Source: an uncultured Acidobacteriota bacterium (lineage in GTDB: Bacteria; Acidobacteriota; Thermoanaerobaculia; Multivoradales; UBA5704). From it: DNA of 64,000 nt. The notes beneath the pieces were generated by a model that was not told the origin of the DNA, searched no databases, and saw only the letters and a program-made list of their open reading frames with translations. Below, piece after piece: positions 19,689-27,733 of this stretch (positions are counted from its first letter, which is position 1; each line of letters opens with the position of its first letter). The translations under genes were made by a program, and so were the position numbers. The stretch is from positions 1,344,001-1,408,000 of the forward strand of contig OY969474.1 in NCBI GenBank assembly GCA_963700145.1, written 5' to 3'.

Positions 19689-19995
19689 ACAGGGCTCCGA
19701 TGCCGTAGTCGTCCGGCGACTCCACGAGGCGGGCCTTGAGGGGGTCTTCGACCTCTACCTCGCTCTTGGCGAACTCCCGGATGTCGCGGTCGAGGTCCGC
19801 CGGTCCATAGGACTTCAGGCCCTCGAGGGCGCGAGCGAGCCGGCCTTCGACACCGGCGCCGACCGCCGCGAGCTCGCGCTCGATGGCCGCTTCGGCCAGC
19901 TCGTCGACCGAGACTCCGAGCGCCTCCGCCAGCCGCTCGAGGTTGCGAAGCGTCTCCTGATTGTGGAAATGAAGCGTCAGCGCCGCATCGCTCAT
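19663..19995 (-). CDS. Putative RHH-type antitoxin of the Fic protein
   Basis: 110 aa; beta-strand (LTLHF) followed by two helices (LERLAEALGVSVDELAEAAI); overlaps the fic start. Confidence 0.6.
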   Translation of the reverse strand: MSDAALTLHFHNQETLRNLERLAEALGVSVDELAEAAIERELAAVGAGVEGRLARALEGLKSYGPADLDRDIREFAKSEVEVEDPLKARLVESPDDYGIGALFGDSVERG

Positions 19996-20009
19996 GGCAT
20001 GAGCTTACA

Positions 20010-20027
20010 TGGTGCCCAGGGCCGGAA
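20010..20027 (-). repeat. att-like exact duplicate of the tRNA-Phe 3' 18 nt
   Basis: tggtgcccagggccggaa at 20010-20027 is identical to 20385-20402. Confidence 0.9.
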
Positions 20028-20081
20028 ACGGGCATGGCTCAACATATGACCGAGCCGGACGCGGTCGTCACGCCGCGACAT
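20028..20081 (-). pseudogene. 18-codon stub of a HEPN/DUF86 toxin
   Basis: MSRRDDRVRLGHMLSHAR overlaps the MNT stop like typical MNT-HEPN pairs and resembles DUF86 N-termini; cut exactly at the att copy. Confidence 0.65.
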
Positions 20082-20370
20082 AAAGGTCTTCGGCCTCCGC
20101 CAGCACTTCCTGGCGAAACGCCGAGCTGAGGAAGGCGGGAGTATTGAGGTCGACTCGCCGGCCGAGCAACGCGGTCAGCTCCTCTTCGATGGTGAAGAAC
20201 CGCAGGCCCACACGCGCTCCCGGTTCGAACTCGACGAGCACGTCGACGTCGCTCTGCGGACCGAAATCGTCGCGTAGCACCGAGCCGAACAGAGCGAGCC
20301 GCCGGATGCCGTGACGGCGACAGAACGCCGAGAGGTCCTGTCGCCGGATTTCGTTTCGGATCTCGTCCAT
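20068..20370 (-). CDS. Minimal nucleotidyltransferase (MNT antitoxin)
   Basis: LALFGSVLRDDFGPQSDVDVLVEF...LLGRRVDL; ATG 14 nt after the tRNA CCA. Confidence 0.9.
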   Translation of the reverse strand: MDEIRNEIRRQDLSAFCRRHGIRRLALFGSVLRDDFGPQSDVDVLVEFEPGARVGLRFFTIEEELTALLGRRVDLNTPAFLSSAFRQEVLAEAEDLYVAA

Positions 20371-20384
20371 GGCAGCGCTCTGAG

Positions 20385-20460
20385 TGGTGCCCAGGGCCGG
20401 AATCGAACCAGCGACACCGTGATTTTCAGTCACGTGCTCTACCAACTGAGCTACCTGGGC
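20385..20460 (-). tRNA. tRNA-Phe (GAA)
   Basis: GCCCAGGTAGCTCAGTTGGTAGAGCACGTGACTGAAAATCACGGTGTCGCTGGTTCGATTCCGGCCCTGGGCACCA; 76 nt, cloverleaf, encoded CCA. Confidence 0.97.
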
Positions 20461-20605
20461 ACGGTGGGCAGTCTTGGGGGCCGTGGCGGCCCCGCGCGGA
20501 CGGGGGAGTTTGGCACCCGGGGGTGCGGCTAGTCAAGGAAACGGCCGGCGCGGCGGCGGTGTTCCCGGGTGGACAGCGGGTGCCGGAGGGGTTCATACTC
20601 CGCAG

Positions 20606-21040
20606 ATGCCCCAGCTCGACAGCAAGGCCCTACGACTGTTGCTCCGCGAGGCGGTGGAGGCCTTGCTGCGCGACGGCTGGAGCAAGCGCGCGCTGGGGCG
20701 ACGGCTCGGCGTCGGCAACGGCAACCTCGGCAAGCTGCTCAGCGGCGAGAGCCGGCTGACGGTCGATCACTTGATGGCCTTCGCCGAGGTGCTGGACGTG
20801 CCGGTGTCGCAGCTCCTGTCGCTCGCCTTCCCGGAGCAGGAAGCCGCCGCGGGGCGGAGCTTGAGCGACTGGATCGCCCGCCGCGGTCCAGCGGAGCGCG
20901 AGGCGGCCCTCGCCGGCCTGCCGCGGACGCGCGCCGAGCTCGAGGAGGTGGTGCGCCGGGCGTTTTGCGCCGAGCTGGACCGGCGCGGGCTGACGGCGCC
21001 GCCCGCCGGCCCGAACGGCGGCGCTCCGACAGCGCCGTAA
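20606..21040 (+). CDS. XRE-family helix-turn-helix protein
   Basis: GWSKRALGRRLGVGNGNLGKLLSGESRLTVDHLMAFAEVLDVPVSQLL. Confidence 0.8.
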   Translation: MPQLDSKALRLLLREAVEALLRDGWSKRALGRRLGVGNGNLGKLLSGESRLTVDHLMAFAEVLDVPVSQLLSLAFPEQEAAAGRSLSDWIARRGPAEREAALAGLPRTRAELEEVVRRAFCAELDRRGLTAPPAGPNGGAPTAP

Positions 21041-21058
21041 GCGGCGATTCGGGCCCCG

Positions 21059-21423
21059 CGGTCCCCGTTTTACGCGGTTCGGCGGCCCGATGGGGCCCTC
21101 CGGTCCTCTACCTACGCAATTCGCCGGCTCATTGAGCGGTCGCGGTCCTCAACCTACGCGGTTTGCCGGGCCGTTGGCCTGGGTTTTCTGCCGAAATGGC
21201 AGCTCCGGTCCTCGTTTTACGCGGTTGGTCGGGCAAACCGGCTGGGTCCTGTCCTCGGTTTACGCAGTTCGTCCGCCGACCCAGCCCATTCGGTCCTCAA
21301 CCTACGCAATCGGCCGGCCGCCGAGGGCTCCGCGGTCCCCAACTTACGCAGTCGGCCGGCCGACCCGGCCCAACGGCCCGTCGCGAGCGCCCGTCCGGTC
21401 CTCAACCTACGCAGTCGGCCGGC
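21059..21423. repeat. Array of eight 21-nt repeats (consensus CGGTCCTCAACCTACGCAGTY) with variable 21/42-nt spacers
   Basis: Repeat starts 21059, 21101, 21143, 21206, 21249, 21291, 21333, 21396; GTCC and TACGC invariant. Confidence 0.9.
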
Positions 21424-21459
21424 CCCTAACTAGGCTCGCGTGCTACACTTTTCCGCATT

Positions 21460-22341
21460 ATGCCCGCACGCGCGATCGGCTCCGGCACGATCTCCTTCGG
21501 CCTCGTGGCCATCCCGGTGAAGCTCTACTCCACCGGCGAGCCGCAGAGCGCCGTCTCCTTCAACATGGTGCACCGCTCCTGCGGCACGCGCCTCAAGTAC
21601 CGCTACTGGTGCCCCACCGACGAGGTCTTCGTCGAGCGCGACGAGATGGCCAAAGGGTACGAGTTCGCCAAGGGGCAGTATGTCCTCTTCAACGAGGAGG
21701 AGCTCAAGGCGCTCGAGCCGGAGGCCACCAACGCGATCGAGATCGCCGAGTTCGTGCCGCTGGCCGCGGTCGATCCGATCTACTTCGAGAAGTCCTATTA
21801 CCTGGGGCCCGACAAGGGTGGGCCGAAGCCCTACCGCCTGCTGGCGCTGGCGATGAAGGAGTCGGGCTACGCGGCGCTCGCCACCTACCTCGCGCGCGGC
21901 CGCAGCTACCTCGTGCTGCTGCGCCCGTTCGAGAACGGCCTCGTCATGCAGCAGCTCCGCTACGCCGACGAGCTGCGCAGCTTCGACGAGGTGCCGGTGG
22001 GCGACGCCGACGTCAAGCCGAACGAGCTCGAGCTGGCGCTGCGGCTGGTCGACCAGATCGCCGCCGAGCGCTTCGACCCGAAGCCCTACAAGGACGTGCT
22101 GCGCGACCGGATCGTGGCACTGATCGAGAAGAAGGTCGCCGGCGAGCAGATCGTGGCGCCCCCCGAGGAGGCGCCGAAGGCGCAGGTCATCGACCTCATG
22201 GCGGCGCTCAAGGCGAGCCTCGGCGAGGCGGGCGTCAAGAAGCCGGCCCGCCGGGCGCCGCGCGAAGAGGCGGCCCCGGCGAAGTCGGCGAAGATCGCCG
22301 CGGCTGCGAAGGGCAAGGCCCGCGCCGGCGGCAAGCGCTAG
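21460..22341 (+). CDS. ku: NHEJ DNA-end-binding protein Ku
   Basis: RAIGSGTISFGLVAIPVKLY, KGYEF, VDPIYFEKSYYL, VIDLMAALKASL, basic C-terminal tail. Confidence 0.95.
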   Translation: MPARAIGSGTISFGLVAIPVKLYSTGEPQSAVSFNMVHRSCGTRLKYRYWCPTDEVFVERDEMAKGYEFAKGQYVLFNEEELKALEPEATNAIEIAEFVPLAAVDPIYFEKSYYLGPDKGGPKPYRLLALAMKESGYAALATYLARGRSYLVLLRPFENGLVMQQLRYADELRSFDEVPVGDADVKPNELELALRLVDQIAAERFDPKPYKDVLRDRIVALIEKKVAGEQIVAPPEEAPKAQVIDLMAALKASLGEAGVKKPARRAPREEAAPAKSAKIAAAAKGKARAGGKR

Positions 22342-22350
22342 CGGCTGGAG

Positions 22351-22513
22351 TGTCATCCTGAGCGCAGCGAACCCGCAGTCCAGATCAATTGCCGGCTCCG
22401 GCCGGCAACCATACGGGTAGCGGAGCCCATCGTGGGGCTCCGCAACGATCTGGGCGGGGGTGAAGGCACCGAGCGTCCCGGCCCCCAGATCCTTCGCTAC
22501 GCTCAGGATGACA
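22351..22513. repeat. REP-like family A, composite element
   Basis: tgtcatcctgagcgcagcgaa ... ttcgctacgctcaggatgaca arms enclosing nested inner palindromes. Confidence 0.8.
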
Positions 22514-22545
22514 GGCTAGGGCTCGAGACGCCGGACCTCGACGCC

Positions 22546-23391
22546 ATGCTCTCCTCGCCCCTCCCCGGCTACACCACCCACGACGTGGCGCGCCTGCTCG
22601 GCGTCGCCGAGGAGCGGGTGCGCTCGTTCGTCCGCGCCGGGTTCCTGGCGCCGCGGCGCGGGGCGCGTGGCGCTTACCTCTTCTCCTTCCAGGACCTGGT
22701 CGTCCTGCGGGCGGCGCAGGGCCTCCTCGCCTCGGGCGTCGCGCCGCGGCGCGTGCGCCGGGCGCTGGCGCGCCTTCACGAGCAGCTGCCGCGCGGCCGC
22801 TCGCTCGCCACCGTGCGCATCGCCGCCGAGGGCGGGTCGATTGTGGTGCGCGCCGGCGGCGAGGCCTGGCTCGCCGAGTCGGGCCAGCAGGTGCTGGACT
22901 TCGAGGTGGCGCCGCTCGCCGCGGCCGCCGCGCCCTTCACCGAGCGCGCCTACGCCGAGGCGCGCGACCGCGAGGACCTCGAGGCCGACGACTGGTACGA
23001 GCTGGCCTGCGAGCTGGAGGCGACGGCGCCGGCCGCGGCCCAGGAGGCCTACGGCAAGGCGCTGGCGCTCGATCCCGAGCACCCGGACGCGCACTTGAAC
23101 CTCGGCCGGCTCCTGCACGAGGACGGCGACGCCGCCCGCGCCGCCGCGCACTACCGCCGCGCCCTCGTCGCCCGCCCCGGCGACGTCACCGCCAGCTTCA
23201 ACTTGGGCGTCGCCCTCCAGGACCTCGACCGCCCGCGCGAGGCGATCGCCGCCTACCTCGAAGCCCTCGCCGCCGACCCCGCCTGCGCCGACGCGCACTA
23301 CAACTTGGCGGGGCTCTACGAAGAGCTGGGCGAAGGGGCGGAGACGATCCGCCACCTGGCGGCCTACAAGAAGCTGCTCGAGCGGGAGTAG
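22546..23391 (+). CDS. MerR-type HTH + TPR protein
   Basis: YTTHDVARLLGV...FSFQDLVVLR N-terminus; 3-4 TPRs (AHLNLGRLL, ASFNLGVAL, AHYNLAGLY). Confidence 0.85.
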   Translation: MLSSPLPGYTTHDVARLLGVAEERVRSFVRAGFLAPRRGARGAYLFSFQDLVVLRAAQGLLASGVAPRRVRRALARLHEQLPRGRSLATVRIAAEGGSIVVRAGGEAWLAESGQQVLDFEVAPLAAAAAPFTERAYAEARDREDLEADDWYELACELEATAPAAAQEAYGKALALDPEHPDAHLNLGRLLHEDGDAARAAAHYRRALVARPGDVTASFNLGVALQDLDRPREAIAAYLEALAADPACADAHYNLAGLYEELGEGAETIRHLAAYKKLLERE

Positions 23392-23463
23392 CGGAGCGGC
23401 GCGAAAGCGCGGACGGCGGCGTGGGGAGGAGAACCGCCGCCGCCCGCTGGGATGGGCTGGCGG

Positions 23464-24222
23464 CTAGCCGGCGGGGCCGACGACCCGGATCGTGTCCTTC
23501 AGCACCTTGTCGACGTCCGGCGCGTCCGCGACCTCGACCGTCAGCTCGATGATGATCTCGTGCACCTCGCCGGGAGTCGGCGTGTCGAGGGTCTCGAAGG
23601 CGTCGTCCTTGGCGAAGAAGGCGCGGATGTGGTTGCCGACCCGCTGCACGCGCAGCGGTTCGAGGTCCTCGGCGTCGGCGTCGGTGCCGACGAGGACGAT
23701 CGAGTCGAGGTCCACGTCGCCCAAGTTGCTGCCGCGGATCAGCGCCGTGACCGTGCCGTTGCTGCGCACCCAGTTGGTGTTCCAGACGTCGGGCTGGATC
23801 TCGACGCGGAGGTCGCCGCCGGGACGCCCCGGCTTCGCCGGTTTCTCCGGCTTGGCCGGCTTCTCCGGCTTCGGCTTGGCGCCGCCCTTCCCCTTGCCGT
23901 TGCCGCCGCGCGCGGCCTCGGGGACGCCGACGACCGGCGACGCGGGAGCGGCGGCCACACGGACCGCCGGGGCGCCGGCCGCCGCGCGGCGCGGCGCCTC
24001 GCCGCCCATCGCCTCCTGACGGAGCGCGCGCGCGCCGCCGCGCGCCGCGGTCCTGTTCTCCGCGATCACGACCGGCGCGGCCGCCGCGGTCGCCGGCGCG
24101 GCGCTCACCGCCGGGGCGGGCTCGGTGGGGCTGCTGCCGTCGCTGCAAGCCACGAGGCCGGCCGGAACGGCCAGCGCGAGAACGAGGAGGGGAAGGTTGC
24201 GGACGAGTCTGAGTGCGCGCAC
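23464..24222 (-). CDS. Putative lipoprotein with a Pro/Lys-rich linker
   Basis: Lipobox GLVA|C; KPEKPA repeats; acidic C-terminal beta domain. Confidence 0.7.
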   Translation of the reverse strand: MRALRLVRNLPLLVLALAVPAGLVACSDGSSPTEPAPAVSAAPATAAAAPVVIAENRTAARGGARALRQEAMGGEAPRRAAAGAPAVRVAAAPASPVVGVPEAARGGNGKGKGGAKPKPEKPAKPEKPAKPGRPGGDLRVEIQPDVWNTNWVRSNGTVTALIRGSNLGDVDLDSIVLVGTDADAEDLEPLRVQRVGNHIRAFFAKDDAFETLDTPTPGEVHEIIIELTVEVADAPDVDKVLKDTIRVVGPAG

Positions 24223-24329
24223 GGTGATCTCCTTCAGGGCAGAGGTTCCTACTCCGCTAGCGAGGCTAGCGCCGCGGACTGACCGCCGCAGTGACCTTTG
24301 TCACGCCGAGGGTGTGACCTGCTTCACAT

Positions 24330-24668
24330 TCAGAGCGCGAGGAAAAACACCCGGCCGGCGACCGCATCGCTCGAATAGGAGGCATGGAGAGCGCGGAGGG
24401 CGCGCACCCACCCGCCGATGCTGACCCGGTCCTGCGCCGAGAAGGCAATCCCCGCGTGCTCCATCCCTTCCGCAGCGAGGCGCAGAAAGTCTTGGTCGTG
24501 GGTGCAGAGCACGCGGCTCATCGCGGCCGCGCGCCGGAGGTGATTCGGATCGTCGGCCCCGAGCAGACCCAGCTCCCGCACCGAGAGCGCATCGATGCCC
24601 GAGAGACGGAGCTGCCGGGCAACCTCCGTGGGGACGTTCTCGTCGAGGTAGAAGCTGAGCGCGCTCAA
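24330..24668 (-). CDS. DUF5615 PIN-like toxin
   Basis: FYLDENVP, ADDPNHL, RVLCTHDQDF, HAGI. Confidence 0.88.
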   Translation of the reverse strand: MSALSFYLDENVPTEVARQLRLSGIDALSVRELGLLGADDPNHLRRAAAMSRVLCTHDQDFLRLAAEGMEHAGIAFSAQDRVSIGGWVRALRALHASYSSDAVAGRVFFLAL

Positions 24669-24967
24669 AGAGACGCGGCGCGCCCCTGGGCGGCGAGGCG
24701 CCGGCGGAGGATCTCAGCCTCCTCCGCGTTCGCGCGAATCTCCGCGTCGATCTCCCCCTTATGCTGGTAGTAGTAGGAGAGCGCGGCGTGCACGCGCGCC
24801 AAGTCGAGCTCGAACTGGACGGAGAGCTGCTCGGCCGTCAGCCCGGCGAACGTGTGGTAGGCGGCCAAGTCGGAAACGCGCAGCGTGGTCCCGGCGATCA
24901 CGGGCCGGCCATCGCGGACGGCGGGATCGCTGACGACGGATTCGATCGGGAGCACGCGGGCTGCCAT
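24665..24967 (-). CDS. DUF433 antitoxin
   Basis: 100 aa: DPAVRDGRPVIAGTTLRV...LARVHAALSYY. Confidence 0.9.
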   Translation of the reverse strand: MAARVLPIESVVSDPAVRDGRPVIAGTTLRVSDLAAYHTFAGLTAEQLSVQFELDLARVHAALSYYYQHKGEIDAEIRANAEEAEILRRRLAAQGRAASL

Positions 24968-25014
24968 TTTCCTCCTCTCGGGGCTCTGCCTAGAGGGTAG
25001 CATTTCATGTCCCT

Positions 25015-25266
25015 TCAGGAACCCCCTCCAGGGGCGCCGTGCCCCTTTTCCACCAGGCAACGCACCTGCCCCCCGGCCTCCTTGGCCAGCTCGAGCAGGC
25101 GATGGCCGTCTCTCTCCGCCCAGACCGGCATGTCCACCATCATCGCCGGGTCGTCGCCGACGACTTCGAGGTGGTCGCCGGGGCCCAGGGCGCGCATGGC
25201 GCGGCGGGCGAGGAGGACCGGGATGGGGCAGAGGGTGCCGGTGACGTCGAGGGTGCGCGCGGGCAT
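25015..25266 (-). CDS. tusA: Sulfur carrier TusA/SirA family
   Basis: 83 aa; LDVTGTLCPIP motif, LEVVGDDP. Confidence 0.85.
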   Translation of the reverse strand: MPARTLDVTGTLCPIPVLLARRAMRALGPGDHLEVVGDDPAMMVDMPVWAERDGHRLLELAKEAGGQVRCLVEKGHGAPGGGS

Positions 25267-25279
25267 GTACAATGAATCG

Positions 25280-26029
25280 ATGCTTCCCGCATTGTACCGG
25301 CGCCGCGCGGCGGTGCTCGCCGCGCTCCTCGCGGCCGCGCCGGCGCCCGCCCTCGGCTGGACGGCCAAGACGCGCTCGACCGTCGCGCTCGAAGGGGCGC
25401 GCCTCGCGCCGCCGGACCTGGCGCGGCAGATCGAAAAGCACCGCGCGGTCTTCCTCGAGGCGGCGCAGGCGCCGTTCGCCGCCGCCGGCGACCGCCAGCT
25501 CGCGGCCGAGGTCGAGGCCGCGGTCGCCGCCATCCAGGAGCACCGGCCGTTCGCGGAGATCGTGGCGCGCCTGGGCGGCATCGCGGCGCGCGTCGCCGAG
25601 GCCAACGACCCGCTCGCCGCCGCCGGCGGCGACCCCGACGAGGCGCGTTACGCCGCCGACTACGCGCGCTACGTCGAAAGCGCCGAGGGCCGCTTCCCGC
25701 TCGTCTTCTACGGCCTCCGCCCACAGCTCGCCGCCGCGCGGCCCGACCTCGCCGGCTTCGCCGCCGCCAGCCGCAGCCGCGCCGGCGCCCTCTCTGCTTC
25801 GATCGGCCTCGAGTACCGGCGCATCGGCTATGCCTCCGGCGTCGGCCGCTTCGACGACCGCTCCACCGCCTTCGCGGTCGGCTCGCTCTGCTTCAGCCAC
25901 GCGGTCACCGACCTGGTCTCGGTCTACCGCTCGGTCTGGCTGCGCGCCGGTGGCGCCGACCCGCGCGGCGGCCTCGAGCCCGGCGCCGGGCGGCTGCTCC
26001 AGGTGACGCGCGCGGGCGGGCGGCGTTGA
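25280..26029 (+). CDS. Secreted helical protein, possibly a degenerate phospholipase C/P1 nuclease fold
   Basis: Signal peptide ending ALG|W; stop overlaps the purH start; the expected Zn-binding His residues are not evident. Confidence 0.55.
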   Translation: MLPALYRRRAAVLAALLAAAPAPALGWTAKTRSTVALEGARLAPPDLARQIEKHRAVFLEAAQAPFAAAGDRQLAAEVEAAVAAIQEHRPFAEIVARLGGIAARVAEANDPLAAAGGDPDEARYAADYARYVESAEGRFPLVFYGLRPQLAAARPDLAGFAAASRSRAGALSASIGLEYRRIGYASGVGRFDDRSTAFAVGSLCFSHAVTDLVSVYRSVWLRAGGADPRGGLEPGAGRLLQVTRAGGRR

Positions 26030-27588
26030 GGCCGCGCGCCCTCCTCTCGGTCTCCGACAAACGCGGTCTCGAGGAGCTGGCGCGCGGGCTCGTGCGCCTG
26101 GGCTTCGAGCTGCTCTCGACCGGCGGCACGCTCGCCTACCTAGCCGGCCGCGGCCTGCCGGTGCGGCCGGTCTCCGAGATCACCGGCTACCCCGAGATCC
26201 TCGACGGCCGCGTCAAGACCCTCCACCCGCGCATCCACGGCGGCATCATGGCCCGCCGCGCCAGCCCGCAGCACCTGGCGCAGCTCGCCGAGCACGGTAT
26301 CCGGCCGATCGACCTCGTGGTGGTCAACCTCTACCCCTTCCGCGAGACCGCCGCGGAAGCTGGGGCGACGCCGGAGCGGGTCGTCGAGTCGATCGACGTC
26401 GGCGGCCCGGCGATGCTGCGCGCCGCGGCCAAGAACTACGAGTCGGTGGCGGCGGTGGTCGATCCCGAGGACTACCGCGCGGTGCTGACAGCGCTCGAGA
26501 GCGCGGGCGACGGGCGGCTGCCGGACGCGCTACGCCGGCGGCTCGCCGCCAAGGCCTTCCGCCACACGCACGACTACGACGGCGCGATCGCCGCGTGGCT
26601 GGACGGGCAGGAAGCGGCGGGCGCGCCGCAGGAGCTCTTCCCCGAGCGCCTGAGCCTGGCGCTCGAGCGCGCCCTCGTGCCGCGCTACGGCGAGAACCCG
26701 CACCAGCCGGCCGCGGTCTACCGCACTGCCGGCGGCCCCGGCGTCCTCGGCGGCTTCTCGCAGCTCCAGGGGAAGGACCTGTCCTGGAACAACCTGCTCG
26801 ACGCCGACGCGGCGCGCAAGGCGGTGGCGCTCTTCGCCGAGCCGGCGGTCGTCATCATCAAGCACAACACCCCGTGCGGCGCCGGGCGCGGTGCCGACCT
26901 CGCCGCGGCCTTCCGGCGGGCGCTCGCCACCGACCCGGTCTCGGCCTACGGCTCGATCGTGGCGGTGAACCGCCCGGCCGACGAGGCCTTCGCCGAGGCG
27001 CTCGGCGACCTCTTCGTCGAGGTGCTCGTGGCGCCGGACTTCGACGCCGGCGCGCGCGAGCGCTTCGCCGCGAAGAAGGCGCTCCGCCTCCTCGCCTGCC
27101 CGCCCTACGCGCCGCGCCCCGGCGAGGCCGAGCTGCGCGGCATCGACGGCGGCTTCCTGGCGCAGGCGCCGGACGCGGCGCCCGACGACGCCGCCGGCTG
27201 GAGCTGCCCGACGCGCCGGCAGCCGACCGCCGAGGAGCGGCGGGCGCTCGACTTCGCCTGGACGGTCGTGCGGCACGTCAAGTCGAACGCCATCGTGCTC
27301 GCCGAGGGCGACGGCACGGTCGGGATCGGCGCCGGCCAGATGAGCCGGGTGGACGCCTGCGAGCTGGCGGTGCGCAAGGCGCGGCAGGCGGGGCTGGCGA
27401 CCGAGGGGACGGCGGCGGCCTCCGACGCCTTCTTCCCCTTCCGCGACGGGCTGGACGTGCTGGCGGCGGCGGGGGTGGCGGCGGTCGTGCAGCCCGGGGG
27501 CAGCAAGCGGGACGAGGAGGTCGTGGCCGCGGCCGACGAGCACGGGATGGCGATGCTGCTGACGGGAATACGGCATTTCAGGCACTGA
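26026..27588 (+). CDS. purH: Bifunctional AICAR transformylase/IMP cyclohydrolase
   Basis: RALLSVSDK, GRVKTLHP, RYGENPHQ, KSNAIV, ASDAFFPFRDG, RHFRH. Confidence 0.97.
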   Translation: MRPRALLSVSDKRGLEELARGLVRLGFELLSTGGTLAYLAGRGLPVRPVSEITGYPEILDGRVKTLHPRIHGGIMARRASPQHLAQLAEHGIRPIDLVVVNLYPFRETAAEAGATPERVVESIDVGGPAMLRAAAKNYESVAAVVDPEDYRAVLTALESAGDGRLPDALRRRLAAKAFRHTHDYDGAIAAWLDGQEAAGAPQELFPERLSLALERALVPRYGENPHQPAAVYRTAGGPGVLGGFSQLQGKDLSWNNLLDADAARKAVALFAEPAVVIIKHNTPCGAGRGADLAAAFRRALATDPVSAYGSIVAVNRPADEAFAEALGDLFVEVLVAPDFDAGARERFAAKKALRLLACPPYAPRPGEAELRGIDGGFLAQAPDAAPDDAAGWSCPTRRQPTAEERRALDFAWTVVRHVKSNAIVLAEGDGTVGIGAGQMSRVDACELAVRKARQAGLATEGTAAASDAFFPFRDGLDVLAAAGVAAVVQPGGSKRDEEVVAAADEHGMAMLLTGIRHFRH

Positions 27589-27595
27589 CGCGGAT

Positions 27596-27686
27596 TGTCA
27601 TTCCGAGCGTAGCCGAGGAATCTGGGCGGGGGGACGCCGGAGCGAAGCCTCCTGCCCCCAGATCCCTCGCTGCGCTCGGGATGACA
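27596..27686. repeat. REP-like family A
   Basis: tgtcattccgagcgtagccgaggaatctggg ... cccagatccctcgctgcgctcgggatgaca, right after the purH stop. Confidence 0.85.
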
Positions 27687-27733
27687 TGCGGGGCGCCGGG
27701 ATGACAAGGCAGCGTGAGTTTGTTTCCCTCCGC

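Noticed and set aside
20068-20445. 125-aa N-terminally extended MNT ORF
   Set aside because: The extension runs through the tRNA-Phe gene; the ATG at 20370 gives a typical 100-aa MNT.
12200-20460. Prophage or intact integrative element
   Set aside because: No integrase, phage structural, replication or conjugation genes are recognisable.
21059-21423. Calling the repeat array a CRISPR
   Set aside because: Repeats are short, degenerate and non-palindromic; spacers come in 21/42-nt multiples and partly resemble or complement each other; no cas genes in the window.
21090-22361. 423-aa ORF spanning the array and ku
   Set aside because: Out of frame with ku, and the repeat-encoded peptide changes frame at the 43-nt step, so no consistent protein repeat.
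23820-23900. Tandem 9/18-nt repeats (also 35330-35362 and 43860-44290)
   Set aside because: Explained by coding repeats: KPEKPA and PA linkers and DTGSGD beta-repeats.
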